NCBI GenBank assembly: GCA_951406725.2
Contig: OX597816.1
Location: forward strand, 126,728,001-126,792,000
DNA length: 64,000 nt
Reading direction: 5' to 3'
Source of the DNA: Octopus vulgaris
Taxonomy: Eukaryota
The notes below the pieces were generated by a model, which was not told the origin of the DNA, searched no databases, and was given only the letters and a program-made list of their open reading frames with translations. Positions 48,391 to 63,379 of this stretch are shown here, piece after piece (the first letter of the stretch is position 1; every line of letters begins with the position of its first letter). The position numbers were made by a program, and so were the translations under genes.

Positions 48391-49571
48391 TCCAAAGTAC
48401 TTGAAGCCTCTGGTCCTCACACCACAGAACATTGGCAAACTTTCATGTATACATATACATATATATGCATGTACATATTAATATGTGTGTGGGTGTATAC
48501 ATTAGAAATTTTACAAACAAAATACAAAAAATTATACATATTAGTATATTAATAATCATGAGACTTGAGAGGTGAATTTGGATTTGTTATTTCCATATTG
48601 TATGTTTCCATATGATTATCACCATTTCATAATATTCTCAGCAGAGTGTTATTTACTTCAACATTCTGAATTAATACATACATTTTACATCAATATGCAT
48701 ATTTGGCATTATATAATACAATCATACATTACAAAAAGATGTATAGTAGAGAAAAATAACTCATCAGGTCATATATATTAGCACATCATAGATGCTTTCA
48801 GGATTCACTTCCTTATTTACTCCTTGTGGAAATATATATTACTTATACATCCTGCAGTTTCGTTTGCATGGACAAGTTAAACTACCTCATAATATATTGA
48901 TATTACTATTTCAATAGCTCATAGGTGCGATTTAATTTTAATTTAGATGGTTGGACACTGAGTGTAAGATTCACAAGATTTCAGCAGTTATGCTAATAAT
49001 CTCTTCTATATATACCAAACAATAGCCATTAATTGCAATTGAATATGACTGCTTGCATGGTAGTTGTAATTTAGGTGTCTATGTAATCCAGAGCCAACAT
49101 AGACAACTTCTCAGATCTCCCACCCTTGAACTAGTAGAAAGCAATTACATGACAGCTGCAGAGAGGGGAGAGAGAGAGAAGTGGGGGAACTTTATGAATA
49201 TTTCGCTGTTACTCATTTTCAACTGAGAAGACTGGAGCAATGTGAAATGGTGTACCTTACTTAAGTACACAGTGCAACACATAATCCAGGAGTCAAACCA
49301 GTAGTAATACAATTGTGCACTCAACACATTATTCAGTTGCTCAAACACCTTCATATAATTTTTGCTGTATAAGCGGCTATGTTCAAATGGTTATACATAG
49401 TGTTACCATCTACTGAAGATACATGATTATATATATTTATATATTGATGCATGCATACATACATACATGCATATATACATACATATATGAAACAAACAAA
49501 CAGCAATCAGACTTGTCCTCATACAAAAAAGACAATATCATATAATGCACTTGCATAAACCTTACCGATAG

Positions 49572-49805
49572 CAGCAGCAATCTGGCAGAAACGTTAGCAC
49601 GCTGGGTGAAATGCTTAGCGGTATTTTGTCTGCCGCTATGTTCAGAGTTCAAATTCCACTGAGGTCGACTTTGCCTTTCATCCTTTCGGGGTTGATTAAA
49701 TAAGTACCAGTTATGCACTGTGGTCGATATAATCAACTTAATCTGTTTGTGTGTGCTTGTTCATCCCCTCTGTGTTTAGCCCCTTCTGGGTAGTAAAAAA
49801 ATAGG
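49572..49805 (+). mobile_element. SINE family C
   Basis: TGGCAGAAACGTTAGCACGC...GAGTTCAAATTCC..GAGGTCGACTTTGCCTTTCATCCTTTCGGGGTTGATTAAATAAGTACCAG; older copies at 8120, 52400-52585 (+) and 53185-53315 (-). Confidence 0.75.
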
Positions 49806-50665
49806 ATACTCTACTAGTCTAAAAAAAGGAATCTGTTCTATAATCAGTAAGTCAGCAAGATCTTGATATCAGCTGCATATTTCTTGAAAAACTGATATTG
49901 CCAGACTGTATCTCAAAAGGAAAGAGGGAGGATGAGGCTTAAAATCAGTTGATAGCCTTGGATTGTTGTATAATATGAACCACGTAGCACCTACTAAACA
50001 ATTGCAACAAAAATAAATACATCAGCCCATGCTCAAAAAGAATATACATAACACTTTGTTTGTTGGTGGTAAACTCTTCAAGAAACATTCCCTTCATGAT
50101 GATCTTCTATATGAACTCAGTGCAGGATTAGCTCCCACAGAGCTCTGCCATAGATCACCTTATTTTATAGATCTCAGTGCTGCAGTCATTTAGGATTCAG
50201 ATATATTTTGCTAATAAAACTGTGCTATGTTTTTCTTAAGTGTGTTTATGCTGTGTATGCATATTCTTGAATGAATATTTTGCAAGCTTACTATGAGACT
50301 TCATTTTAGGTTTGTACTTGAAGTGAATATTTTCTCAATAAACTAAAGCCTTAGTAAGGCACATACTATTAAGAGGGAAAAGAGGAGAGGTCAACACAGT
50401 TATACCATGAGACTATTTGTGATATTAAGCTTATTATTACTTCATTTAGAGATGGGGACAACAAAATTAAAGGCACAACTATAGATAACCTTGCAGTTGC
50501 TTTATTACATATTTTGTGATATGTGGAAGGAAATTTTTATAGACGAGGCATATAATTGTAATGATGCTAAGACATACGTCAAGACTGGAGAGGATTTAAC
50601 CTTCCATTATATTTCTGTTTAAAGTGAATTTTTTTGTTGTTGCACTCTTTATTATTAAGTACAGG

Positions 50666-50985
50666 TGTGTGGCTTAGTTGTTAGTGGAATTTGGCTCACA
50701 ATCATAAGGTGGTGAGTTCAGTTCCTGGTGGTGCATTGTGTTCTTGAGTAAGACACTTTATTTCATGTTGCTCCAGTTCACTCAGCTAGCAAAAACGAGT
50801 AGAACCTGTATTTCAAAGGGCCAGACTTGTCACACTCTGTGTCATGCTGAATCTCCCTGAGGACTACATTAAGGGTTGACACATTTGTGGAGTGCTCAGC
50901 CACTTGCATTTAAATTTCACAAGCAGGCTGTTCCATTGAACAGATCAACTGGAACCATCACCGTTGTAACCAATGGAGTGCCAGC
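50666..50985 (+). mobile_element. tRNA-derived SINE related to family B
   Basis: tRNA-like head, CORE-like TGTGTTCTTGAGTAAGACACTTTA, 3' half shared with 35795-35980; TSD ATTAAGTA(C/T)AGG. Confidence 0.85.
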
Positions 50986-52714
50986 ATTAAGTATAGGAAA
51001 CAAGACCTTTTCCATGTAGATGTATGTATTTATAGTACCTTCCACAAGATTGTAAAAGAGAAAAAGAAACTATTGTTCTCGGTAATAAATGGATACATTA
51101 TGATCTGTTCCACTTACATTTTAATTATCACATGAATTATCTGTCTGTTCTGTTTTGCTAAGTAAAACAGTAGAGGACATAGCATACAAATATATTTACA
51201 TTTTTATTTTCATGCAACCATTTTCACACTTCCATGAATATTTGAATTAGATTGTTGCTTCAGCTAGACTGACTTACAAAATGAACTCTAAAAAAATGTA
51301 TATCAAAGCATAAAAATATATCGATAGATGTATAGATTTTTTTTTTTATATGATAAACAAAGTTATAAAGATTAATGTAATTGAATATCAAAAAATGTTG
51401 TCTTGCATTTTTGAAGTACATATACTTCTATTTCAGGAGTTTATTCAACTTATCGAACCATCAAGAGAACATTTATGTGAATGTTCAACTTGATAAAAAT
51501 AACAACCTAGTCTTCCTCTAGTTACACCTGTTTTAAATAAGGGAATGACATGTAATCAAAAATACCCCTTAAAGATAATGATGGGATAGTCACATCTGGA
51601 ATGCCTTTAAGTATAAATCTGTTTGATCCAGACTGATTTGAGGCTAAACAGCAGCAACTAAATAATGATCCAGTGGTATGTATAGTATATGCATCAAGAG
51701 AAATAATTATACCATTAACTGAGTAGCACTAAGAATATGTACGTTTGCTAAACATCTGAACAAAATTCTGATAAGTATTGATTAAATCTAATTCAAGCAT
51801 TAAAACAGTTTAGTAGTTTCAATAACAAATGCACCATGATCTAACTACAAAACTACTCTTTACAATAAAGGATGTTGTACAGAGTGTTATCACAAACCAA
51901 ACAAAACTGTATCATAATGAGAGTGCTGAACCTGTAGATTGCTCCAAGCCAGGTTAAAGTAAGCCATAACTTGATTCGTCCAAAGTATAGATATATTTGA
52001 AGTACAGTGATTAGAATAACAAGAAAATATATTTTCTATTATTCATGTGATCTTTGTGCAGTTCAGTTTAACTCTTCTAAGCAAAATAAGTACGAATGTT
52101 CTCACATTCTGAAAAGCTTTTATTTATCATTATAATTAGATAGAATTTGTTGTCAGGGGTCTCGATTCCTGTGAAGTCTTGCTGGCCACTTTTTTTTTCT
52201 GCCTTCTAAAGGGTATTTACCTGATTCTTTAAGCTGTCATTACATCGTTCCTGTGTTCACAAATTTCTTTATTTTCTGTAAATCCATTTACATAATTGCA
52301 AGCACTTGAGTTGTAATGATATAATTGATGAACTATCTTCAAATGACTAAAGATTACAAATTTTATTTGAATTTCAGATTATTATTATTATATATGAGAA
52401 GTAAGGTGCTAGCACACTGGGCAAAGTAATTAATGCCATTTTGTCCATTCTGAGTTCAAATTCCATCAACTTTATCTGTCATCCTTTTGGAGTTGATAAA
52501 ATATACACTAGTCGAATACTGGGGTTGATCTAATTGACTTACCCACACCTCCAAAATTGCTAGCCTTGTGCCAAAATTTGAAATCATTATATACAAAAAG
52601 TTATAGCAGATAAATAGATATCTTATACGTATATTTCTAGTTGCACAAATTCAATTTAATGTTAAAAGTTTATACATACATACATACATATATATGTATG
52701 TATGTATGTATTTA

Positions 52715-52933
52715 TGTGTATGTGTTTGCCCCCCACACACACACACACACATCGCTTGATAACTAATGTTGGTGCGTTTATGTCCCTGTAACTTAGCGGT
52801 TCGGCAAAAGAGGCTGATAGAATAAGTACTAGGCTCACAAAGAATAAGTCCCACAGTTGATTTGTTCAACTAAAGGCAGTACTCTAGCATGGCCACAGTC
52901 AAGTAACTGAAGCAAAGAAAAGAATAAAAGAAT
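52715..52933 (+). mobile_element. SINE family A 3' half
   Basis: matches 29255-29455. Confidence 0.85.
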
Positions 52934-53444
52934 AGTGGATATTTATCAGCATTTATGAATAATATGAGTTACTTTTATATGTTGTCTTTTAAATATTTCT
53001 TTATCTATGTAATCAGTAAATTCCTTTTGGTGTCATAGCATAGAAAAATATCTGTATAACTTTATTATACCTTTACTGTGTTACCTTTTCTGATCTTCAA
53101 TTAAGCTTTGAAAGCATTACTCATGATGAACAACTACAATATTTCATAACAGTCACTGCTGAGCATAAGATTAACTACTGAAATACTGGTTTCAAATTTT
53201 GGCAGACGGTCATCGATTTTGTGATAGGGGCAAGTCGATTATGTCAACCCCAGTGCCAAACTGGAATCTATTCTATTGCCCTTGAAAATATGAAAGGCAA
53301 AGTCAATCTCAGTGCAACTACTGAAATATTACAGCAGAAGAACAACACAACAGCTTCCTTTGCTTTCATTAACTAAGTTGTAAAGCATTAAAACTGAAAA
53401 TTAATTCAATAAAAGTTTTGTCCATATATATATATCTTTATATA

Positions 53445-53715
53445 GGTTAAGTTTACGAAAAACAACAAAAGATGAAGACAGATGGTGTACAAAATAAACA
53501 GATTTATTAGTATAGCGCTCAGGAATAGAAAAAGTCTTTTACGTTTTGAGCCTACGCTCTTCTACAGAAAGGTACACAGAAAAAACAAGAAGAGAAAAAA
53601 TGTGTTTAGTGGCTAATGATCTATCATGGCGTATGACTCGGACAAAATGGTCAGACAGGAGGAGGAAAGTAGGGGAGTGCTTCAGCAAGAGAGAGTGATA
53701 AAATAAGTAGCAAAT
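53445..53715 (-). mobile_element. Penelope-like terminal repeat with a variant hammerhead motif
   Basis: minus strand CUUU-CUGUAGA-A-GAGC(GUAG)GCUC-AAAAC-GUA-AAAG at 53536-53571; related to 31560-31812 and more distantly to 46742-46947. Confidence 0.6.
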
Positions 53716-53954
53716 TTTTTTTAAATATGTCTGGGATTGATTTGTCACAATTTTGAATTATAGGACAGAAATGCAGGCCCCATTTTTCCCAGTAGGGTGC
53801 ATTTGAACACAAATATAGAAACAGAAGTATAGAAGGACTTGCACTCACTCACACACAAACAAATGTACACGCACACACATGCTTACACACATCATGCACA
53901 TACACACACAAACATATATACACCTCCTACTTCTGCATGCTCTCTCTTTACCTA

Positions 53955-55173
53955 CAGGGTGAATCATTTTTTGAGGTCATTTGCATGAATTTAGGAAAAG
54001 ATACATAGTTCATCAAAGAAAAGGTGCATTTGTAAACAAATTGGTACAAATTATCTTGAGAATACTTTTATCACACCTATTTAATGAATTCATCATTAGC
54101 AACAATGGCTGTTTCAATAAGTGGTCAGAAGCATCGACATTACCGAATTAGATGATCCTTTTTTAATTTTGGACATAGTGCTGGTTATGGTGAATTTGAG
54201 AGATTATATGGTGTTATGGACTATTCATGGACTCACTCTTGACTATGTCCCATACATAATAGTCCAGTGGATTGAAGTCTGGTGAGCTAGGAAGCCATGT
54301 TTCTTGGAGAGCATGGTCATGGAGTTGGTACGCATCTATAATTGGATTATACTAGCCTTATGAGATGTTCAGAGTTTTGTTGGAAGATGCACGGTCTACT
54401 GTTGCATATTCTGTCTATTCAGGACCTCATAACTTTCTCCAGTGACTCTATGTTGACAGCAACATTGACTCTTAAGCGCTGTGAAAATAGTGAGATGACA
54501 TGACATCTCTCTCCTTCCTGACAACTCTCACAACCATCACAGTTGCTAGGAATTTAGCATCTGTAACTGTTGGAATTTTATTTGAGTCTCTGCATAGCCA
54601 TCTACTATTTCTCAGTTTTTCTTATGGGAGAGAAACCAAAGTATTCCAGTCATTTGGTGTTTTAATGCATTTAGCAAGCACTTTACACAAATTGAATAAT
54701 TTTCTTTTGTCACATCCAACATAGACTGATTCCTCTGCATTGCATATGACTTGTATTTGCTGTCTACATGCACACTTGCATTTCTGTTTATCAGCATTCT
54801 GAAACCTTGAGGTCCTTTGCAACAGCCCTGATAGAATATCTGGGGTTCTTTTATTGATTATTTCTTGAACATTTTGTACAAAGCTATGTGTTTTGATGGG
54901 ACCCTGTGCATGCTTTAGCTGCTGATATTAGATCCCAATCAGCTGCATCCAGCTCCTTTTGAACTTTGACAATGAAAGACCAGACAACTTTCATAAAGCA
55001 AGTTGTCTCTGTATCTTTATGCTGTACTATTAAGGCAACTGTTACAGCATGCCTTTTCATTTGCTGATCAAACTGATGTCTGATGCTATCTATATGAAAA
55101 GAAAGGTAAACAATTTTCTTAAAAGAATGTTAGAGCTTTTGAAAAAGGTGTCCTAAAAAACTGACTTATTCTG
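53955..55173 (-). mobile_element. decayed Tc1/mariner-superfamily element (DD37D maT-like)
   Basis: about 1.2 kb; weak TIRs TACAGGGTGAATCATTTTTT / AAAAAACTGACTTATTCTGTA; minus-strand WLPSSPDFNPLDYYVW at 54250-54297. Confidence 0.75.
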
Positions 55174-58100
55174 TATTTTACTCACAAGGCAATAAGTAAA
55201 AGGCACTTGCTCAAGATGCCATGAAGTAGGTTGAACACAAGATAATATGACTGACTGCACAGTAACCTTTGTAACTACACAGCCATGTCTGCACTTACTA
55301 GCTAACTTATTTTCTGAAAGATAAAATTTTAAAACCAGTAAACAACACTACACCATATTCTGTAAAAGCAATTTAATATTTAGGAAACTTCACTAACATA
55401 AATATTCTGGCTCTTAGTTTAACATTGTTTGCTTCTTTCTGTTAATTCTACCATTACCAGAAAAGTATCAGCTTCTCTAATCTACCTTGTATATACTTTC
55501 TACACTTGCATTTCTGTTTCTCAACATTTTCATTTTATCACATCACATTTATTATATGTTATATACATTTTTTTTATCCTAGCTTGACATCACAAAATGC
55601 TTTTTATTAAATCGTTTAGTTCACCTGGGTACTATTTTTCACACTTAAAATAGGAAATTTTTGTCATCTGCAAACATATCCATGCTTGCAAAAGAAAACA
55701 CCCTTTATTTTCTTTGGATTAAAAACCTCATCATTATGAACAATTAGCCAAGAAGATGAGAAAATATCTTTGCAGAAAATCTGTCAGCTCCTACTGTAGA
55801 GTAAAGTCACCTCTTGGAAATTTATAACATTAAAATTCCTTGCTGCTCATAACATAACATATATTTCCCTACTCTGTAAAGATTAGGAATATGTCTTTTC
55901 TTTTTCGTTTCCATTGATTGTATCATATCCAATATTTGGAGATAATTTTTTTTTTCTGACATCAAAGATCCTTAATAGAAACAAGTATATAAAATTGTGT
56001 TGAGAAAATTTCTTTAGCATTTTGTATTAAATATTTCCTATATAACATAGACATATAATTATTATTTAAAAAAAAATTTTACTTAATATTTTGCAAATTT
56101 TCTTCTGAAGTAAATTTATATAAAGATTTTAAGATTTAAATTCTTACATACTTTTTTTTACACATAATTTTGTTTATTTCAGATCTGTTTTGTTTTTCTT
56201 GCTATACTCTAAACTAGAAAAGTATTCCATTTCAATTACATTATTTTCAGTTATTTATTTATTTATTGGTTATAGAAACATTTTGCTAACACTTTATTTT
56301 TTTCCATCTAGATAAACAACATTATAATTTATTTCATATTTTCAGGGATGGGTTCATATGTGTTGAATTTTCACATAGTTTTATTTTGTTTCTTTTAATT
56401 TTGAGATTTTATTTATATATTTATTATTTATTTACTTTTGAATTGTAAACACCATTATCATTGTAAAAATCCATCAGTGTTACATTCAATTTTATTTCCG
56501 AAAATTAAAATGATAATGCTGTTTATACAAATATATTCTATATTTTTCATTTTATTTATTTATTTATGTATTAAACATCCTAGGTCCATCAATGATATTA
56601 AGTGCATGAAAAAGATTTCAACAAATTTATTATCCTAAAACTACTTGATATAAAAAAAAAACACAAAAAAATTATATAAATAGAATAATGTTACAATTTT
56701 TTTTTCTCTGAATATAATGTTGTTAATAAAAAAAAATTACTGGAATGTTTTCTTGCCTGTCATACCATCATATATAACTTATAACAAATATAGCTGATGT
56801 AATTATATATTTTTTCTTCCAAATAATTTTTTTAGATCTAGTTTTTTCTATTCTTCAAAAATAACACCCAGCAGAACTTCATGAATTATCAATTATTTCA
56901 CAAAAACTATTAGATAAATTAAAATTGAATTACTCTTTTAACATAATACAATATTATATATTCTTTAGGTTCCACTGAGACTTTTGCATAGCCAAAGCCC
57001 TTTCACTAAATATATTAAAATCTCATATTCTGTTAATATAACATAATATCTCTCTAGCTGTTTTCCCTTCTCACTAAATTCCAATGATTATGTCAGTGAG
57101 ATTTGCTGTAGTTGATATCTTTATCTTAAAAAATAAGAAGCTTCTGTAGAATCTCGTTGCTCATTTTGAAGCTCCTACTCATGCATATTTTACCTCCAGA
57201 TGAAATATATATTTATTTATTTGCTGGAATAAGTTAGCTAAATAAAGGAAAAATTCAATATAGCTGAAAAGCTACTCTCATATCTATATGCAGTAGCCAT
57301 AGTCATAAGAATAACATTCACTGCCTTAATAAAGAACCAAGAATTTCATTGAAAATATAAAAATATAAATATTTTTTTTATTTCTAGTGTTTTGTCAAAG
57401 TACATTGATCTTTACTGCTGACATATTAAATATTCAAACTGGAAATGTTGTGGTAGGGCTTTCTCCTTCTGGAGCAAAATGAATAGAATACACATCTCAT
57501 TGATCCCCATCTATCTAGATTGGTTTTCCTTTTTTTATATAAATTCAATCAGTGCACCAGTTATTCTGTGGCATCTATTTTTCTGATGAATCAATCACAT
57601 CGTGCAGCATTCTCTGATACACAGTAAAATCTAATCTTCAAATATTAGTATTGAGTCATCTTGATGTGTTTAATTATTTCAACCAGTTTAATGATCTACA
57701 AAGATTAATATCTGTACAAGCATTAGTATTAATCTCTATTAAAAAGAGATAAAATTACATTAAAAAATATGCTCCAACCATTAACACCATATATTCATCC
57801 ATTTAATTAAGGTTTTATAACCTATAGTTTGATGTTAATCAAACTATATAATATATATATATGTTTTGTTAATTAATACAGTGGACTCCTCTAAAGTGTG
57901 ACATCCATATGGCCGATAATAGCTTGGAATTCTATCAGTCTGTTGTGGAAAAGATAACATAGCTAGGAAGAATTCCAGAGAATAACAGTATTGTGACAGT
58001 TAGATAGATAAAATTGGTTTTAGATATAATGTCTGTGTGACATGGGTTGGATGATGGGTGTCATCTAAGACTTGGCAGTGTGGGTAAACAGCTTATAGGT

Positions 58101-61100
58101 ACAGCAGAGCAGAGGATGCTGTAATGACATCAGTGTGTTTGTGATTATATTGTTTTGGCAACTAAACCATTTCTAATCAACCAAATAGCATTGTTTTGGA
58201 TGCATTTGAGGGTGATGTGTATGATAAAATGTACCCCAGATATGTGAGTAGTACTCAAAACTGGATTATATCTCAGCTTTGTAGAGTGGGGTCAGTTGCT
58301 AGAACCAAAATATTTTCTGATTCTCATGCAGATTTAATAATGTTTTATATGTAAAGTGTTCATCAGAAATTATCAGAGATTCAGAAGAATAGCAATTGCA
58401 GTGACTGTGTTGTTGTTGTTAGCTGTAGATTAGGTGTAGAGAAGCTGCAGTGAAAGTCTGATCCTTTCATTTACAGATAATAAACAATATTAGAACAATG
58501 AGATAAATGAGGGTATTAACCTTAACAGGAATTTTTAGAATATTTATATCACAAATTCTTTAAAATGCAATTCTTTAAAATGCAAGCCAGATATTTGAAT
58601 CACAAAACTATTAATTTTGTGGTTGCTTTTATTGCTCATGCTCTACCCTCTCAGTATCAGTAATCTACTTGTAATCATATGAACTACACACATTCACAAG
58701 CAGATAATTTTACTAGACTACAGAGGCATTCATTTGTAATCTAGACTTCTTTTGCACTGTATCTGCAAAACTAGGCACAAACACATTCTCCATTGGTGAC
58801 TTACTCTCCTTGATGTACAATACCCACATCACTTTAACTCTATATGTCCCAGAACATGAAAAGATTTCACTTAAATCTCTTAAAAACACTTCAAATGTGA
58901 GACCTTAATCTCTGATGATCTCTTTCCTGTACATAACATTGCTAAAAATACATCTCAACTATTTGGCTTAATGGATTCAGCCCTGATCAATTGTTGGTTC
59001 TTCTGAAGTTTATGTGGTACTGCAACTTCACAACACCACTCCAAACTGCATCACAAATGAGGACATTCGGTTAAATGGCAATTACTCAACTATAACATAT
59101 GTGAACTGAGTAGTTAAAATTATTTTTACATATTTTAGGCAGTATGTCAAAGCAGAATGTATTAGCTAAGATGATACATTAACAAGCAAACATTTAGCTG
59201 CTTAAATCAAAAATCAATATATAATCCATCTTCTTAATGCAGTAAGTTATATATAATCATATGCAGGACATGTAATAGTGCTTTATTATATTTGGTAACT
59301 ACTTATAGTTAGTAATAAGGACTGTTAGTATAATAATACCGAACGTATTTAAAGTAATCAGTTATACAGTTTCAGAAAACATAAGATGCTGTCAAATATT
59401 TTTGTGCAAAAAAAGCTTCCATCATATTCTTGTCAAAGAGGAAAGAGAAATGAAAGGTATAAACTGACTTCATTCTCAATAGTTGCATTTTTTAAAAATA
59501 GCTTCTAAGCCTTCCAAACATTTTGAGCCAATCAAGCATTTCTGAAGACATTCAGTGTGCGTTATGTAACTTAAGATGGTTTTATTTCTTACATGCATCT
59601 TAGATAATATGTAATTAGTTTGAATGACAAGATCCAAATTCTGAAATGAAAGTTAATAAAAATCTTGTTGCATATATTCATGTATAATATTTAATACGAT
59701 GTTATTCTTCTTTCATATTCCATTTGTCAGACTTGTCATCTTAAAATTTCTTGCCTAAAACTTCCCTTGTTAAAAAGTGAGCTTACATTTTACTGTTGCA
59801 GAAAATCTATTAAGATTCACAAAAGTATAACCAAATTGATTTAGGTTATAGTGGAACAGAGACCCATTCAGACTTCTAAGCCACATTTAGCTCCTTTTTA
59901 TATTTTAGTCATAGATGGAAGAACAGTAACCATGGTCATTGCTTGCTGTAAGAGTTTAGTTGAAAAAAGGAGAAAAACTTCACAAATCATAGATTATTGC
60001 AGTGGAAAGCAATACATTTATTTTCACACTAGAGACTCCTCTAAATGTACACAAGGGTCAGGTAGTTGTATTAAACAAGATAATTAAGCTTAATCTGCAG
60101 ATTCTGTATACTGCACTAATTCTGTATACCCAATTTCATTTGTGGTGTTTCAGTCATATCAAGGCCATAGTAGAAGATGACATGCAGCAAAACTGAGCTC
60201 AGCTCCATATGATTGCAAACGAAACTTCTTAACTACTTGGCCATACCTGTATATGTATCTGTGTGTATAGGAAAGTAAGCGTCCATCATCATCATCATAT
60301 GTCCATCCTCTATGCAGTTGGTCTGTTTACAGTATAACATTTAGAAGCTTCTTGGAAATATGAAAGAAATCATTTTAACAGTGTATCTCAAAGTGGACAC
60401 AGCTATTAAAAATAAGATGTAATATAATGGGTTAAAATATAGCTTGTACACAAGTATTCAGCCTTTCATACAGATCAAGAATTCTTTTGTTGCCATAAGC
60501 TCTGAAATATTCTTAAACTTTTTGCAAACTATTTTCACCCTGGGCTATTGTACTTTTGAAAGATTAACCTACACTCCTAGTTAGGCCACTGAAGTAGGAG
60601 AAGCTATCACCCACTTCTATGAGACCTAAGCATTTGATAAAAATTTCTTTCATATGTGATCTGCTCTTTACTCAAGTTCATCATCTGCTAATGAATACTT
60701 CTTTCAAAGTCATCTGACTTGCAATCCCACTATACCTGTTGATCATCTATAATTAACAGTGGATAATTATATAGAATTCCTTTCAACTATTTTTCTGCAT
60801 AACCCACATTGCCACTTACCAGATTGTATTAAAGTCCTGTAATCTTTGCTGGGGATTTTTAGGCCTCTCGGTTCTAGGTTTTGCTTCCACATTTGAATTA
60901 ACCTTTTTCAATCATTGACAAATTCAGCAATCAATATTACATAATTGGCATGCAGTAGTTCCCATGGCCACAATATTGAATTCCTCTGTTATGGTCTTGA
61001 GAACAAGGAGTAGGCTGATGTACACCCACTTGTTTTCATTTTGATGATAACATCACTCTCTATAGCTTGACTGGCTCTCACAAACCATTCATCTGCAGCT

Positions 61101-61384
61101 AACTTTCTTAAAGACTACTAGATTACAGAGCAAGGCATGCATCATCATCAACATTGCTGTTTTTATATCTTCTTTTCCATGCATTTGATGGCTCATTTTG
61201 AAGCAGTGTTTAGAGCAGATGACTTCCTGATACTAACATATTTAGTAACCTCATGATATACAGGCACATGCTATACCTCTTCTGAAAACCAGAGTCCATG
61301 TGCATACCATACATATTCTGGTATATTCAGTTTTATATATATATATCATTATTTTTTCACTAATCCAATAACAACAATACAAAG

Positions 61385-62265
61385 TATGTAGCCCTTAAAA
61401 TGGTTTTTGTGCATTTACAGAGAATACCGAACTGTCTTACTCAGGATCTTGTTTTTAGGAATTCCCAATAAGTTATGAATACCCAAATTGTGAAGTCAGT
61501 TATGTAATAACATGAAATTAGTTACCCAATAGTAAGAATTCAAATAAAGTAGCCCCGAAAAAGACTTTAATGCATTCCCAGAGTATATGGAGCTTAGGAG
61601 GAAGTATCAATAAGGTATGTATACTAAAATCGTGAAACATGTTATGTAATAACAGGCCAATCAGTCTTGAGATAATAACAATTCACAGTAAATAACTCTG
61701 AAAATGGCTTTTGTGCATTCCCAGAGAATATTACCCTCAGGGGCACAAATGAATAAGTCAGTAACCAAAATAAGTGGATCTATTGTTTAGGAAAATACTG
61801 TTTACTTGTTTAAGGGTTGTACTAGATAAATTGCAAAAATAACCCCAACAGTTCAAATACTAAGAAATTAGCATACTCAATTTGATATATATGAAATAAT
61901 ATAGGAAAAGGAATGGGTTATTTCCCTTGGCAGTTAAGACAAAATATCTTAGTTATATATAAGGATCCCTTCCCGGGGCCCTATTATCGATTTTTTTTTT
62001 TCAACAATCTGAGTATGTCATGAGGTTTCCAAACAAGAGTTCTACTCATGTGTCAAGTTTCATCAAAATTGATAAAACGATGTAAGAGGAGTTAGCCAAC
62101 AACTCTGCAAACACACCCACAGACAGCTCGATTTGATTTATATAAAATTATATAGGAACATGAATGCGTTATTTCCCTTGGCTATTAAAATAAAATATAT
62201 TAGTGATATATATAAGGATCCCTTCCAGGGGCCCTATTATCGATTTTTTTTCCAACAATCCGAGT
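61385..62265 (-). mobile_element. second Helitron-like copy with internal duplication
   Basis: reverse complement aligns with 34715-35475; ~100-bp segment duplicated at 61915-62015 and 62167-62265. Confidence 0.75.
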
Positions 62266-62674
62266 ATATATGTATATACAAATATATAATCACATATGTA
62301 TACACATATGTCCAAAACTGTAATTGTTCATTCATAAATCCATTTTACATCTTTTGTTTTTATAGTAATATGGGTTTCATGATTACATTTTATTGAGACA
62401 TAGATATTTGCACCTGTCATTAACTCTTATCTATTTTTCAAGCATGGAATGTTTTTAACTTGTTCTTCTTTGAAAGTACAGAACCAGCAGACAATTTGTT
62501 ATCAAATAATTGTCAAAATATAAAACTTTTTGTGATTCAGGGCATTTTCATGTGAAGTGCAGTGTATAACTTTTTACACAGATATGTACATGTACACACA
62601 ACCACATTTAATAAGAGTAATTAAATGCAGTGTGCAAGAGAGAAGGCTGCGTATAGAGAATGACTTGCATAAGG

Positions 62675-62860
62675 CAATGCTCTGCAACCATTTCTCACTT
62701 CTAGTACACTAATATTCTTTTCAAAACTCAGCAGCAAACCTGAACTGAAAATATTACTAAAAGTATAGGGAAAAAAATTATATCCAGGTTCCACTGCGGT
62801 ACACTTAGCATCATCTCATGGTACACCAGTGTGTTACAGCATACCGTTTGTGGACCACTG
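62675..62860. mobile_element. hAT-type MITE
   Basis: CAATGCTCTGCAAC...GTTTGTGGACCACTG termini with an 8-bp TSD GCATAAGG/GCATAAGA. Confidence 0.75.
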
Positions 62861-63379
62861 GCATAAGAAAGTACTGTGTGCTCCAAGTTAGTTGTACTCT
62901 GAAAAATAGAGACTGTGGAAGACTTGAGATGAAGCTACAGCTGACCTAAAGATGCTGTATCTCATAAAGGTGGTGAAAAAAAAAAAAAAAACCATATAAA
63001 CCTGGAAATATGTGAGGCTGCAGAAGACCCATGGTGAAATGTAAATTGAAAAGCTGGTCAGGATAGAGGTTGTAATCTGTGTGTGTATATGTTTGTGTGT
63101 GTACGTTTGTGCATGTATTAAGACACATTACATTACACTACATTGTGATTACCGTGTGACTGGTTGTGCATTCCAAAAAGAGGAGTTTACTGTGATGGTT
63201 GCACAATTCTCCAAATTCATGTTTTATTCTACTCCTTTACACACATGTGTGTGTATATGCAGATTTTGGCATACATATGCATGTTTATGGGTGTGAGTAT
63301 GTATATATATGACTATATTAGTATCTACTAAGCTTATATTTACTGCCACCATTTGCATTCTGACTGCATGCTCTTATCT

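Noticed and set aside
57880-61100. Possible very old minus-strand LINE remnants (VKSFHVLG-like and SAYS-like motifs)
   Set aside because: Only isolated weak motifs; boundaries and family cannot be supported without a profile search
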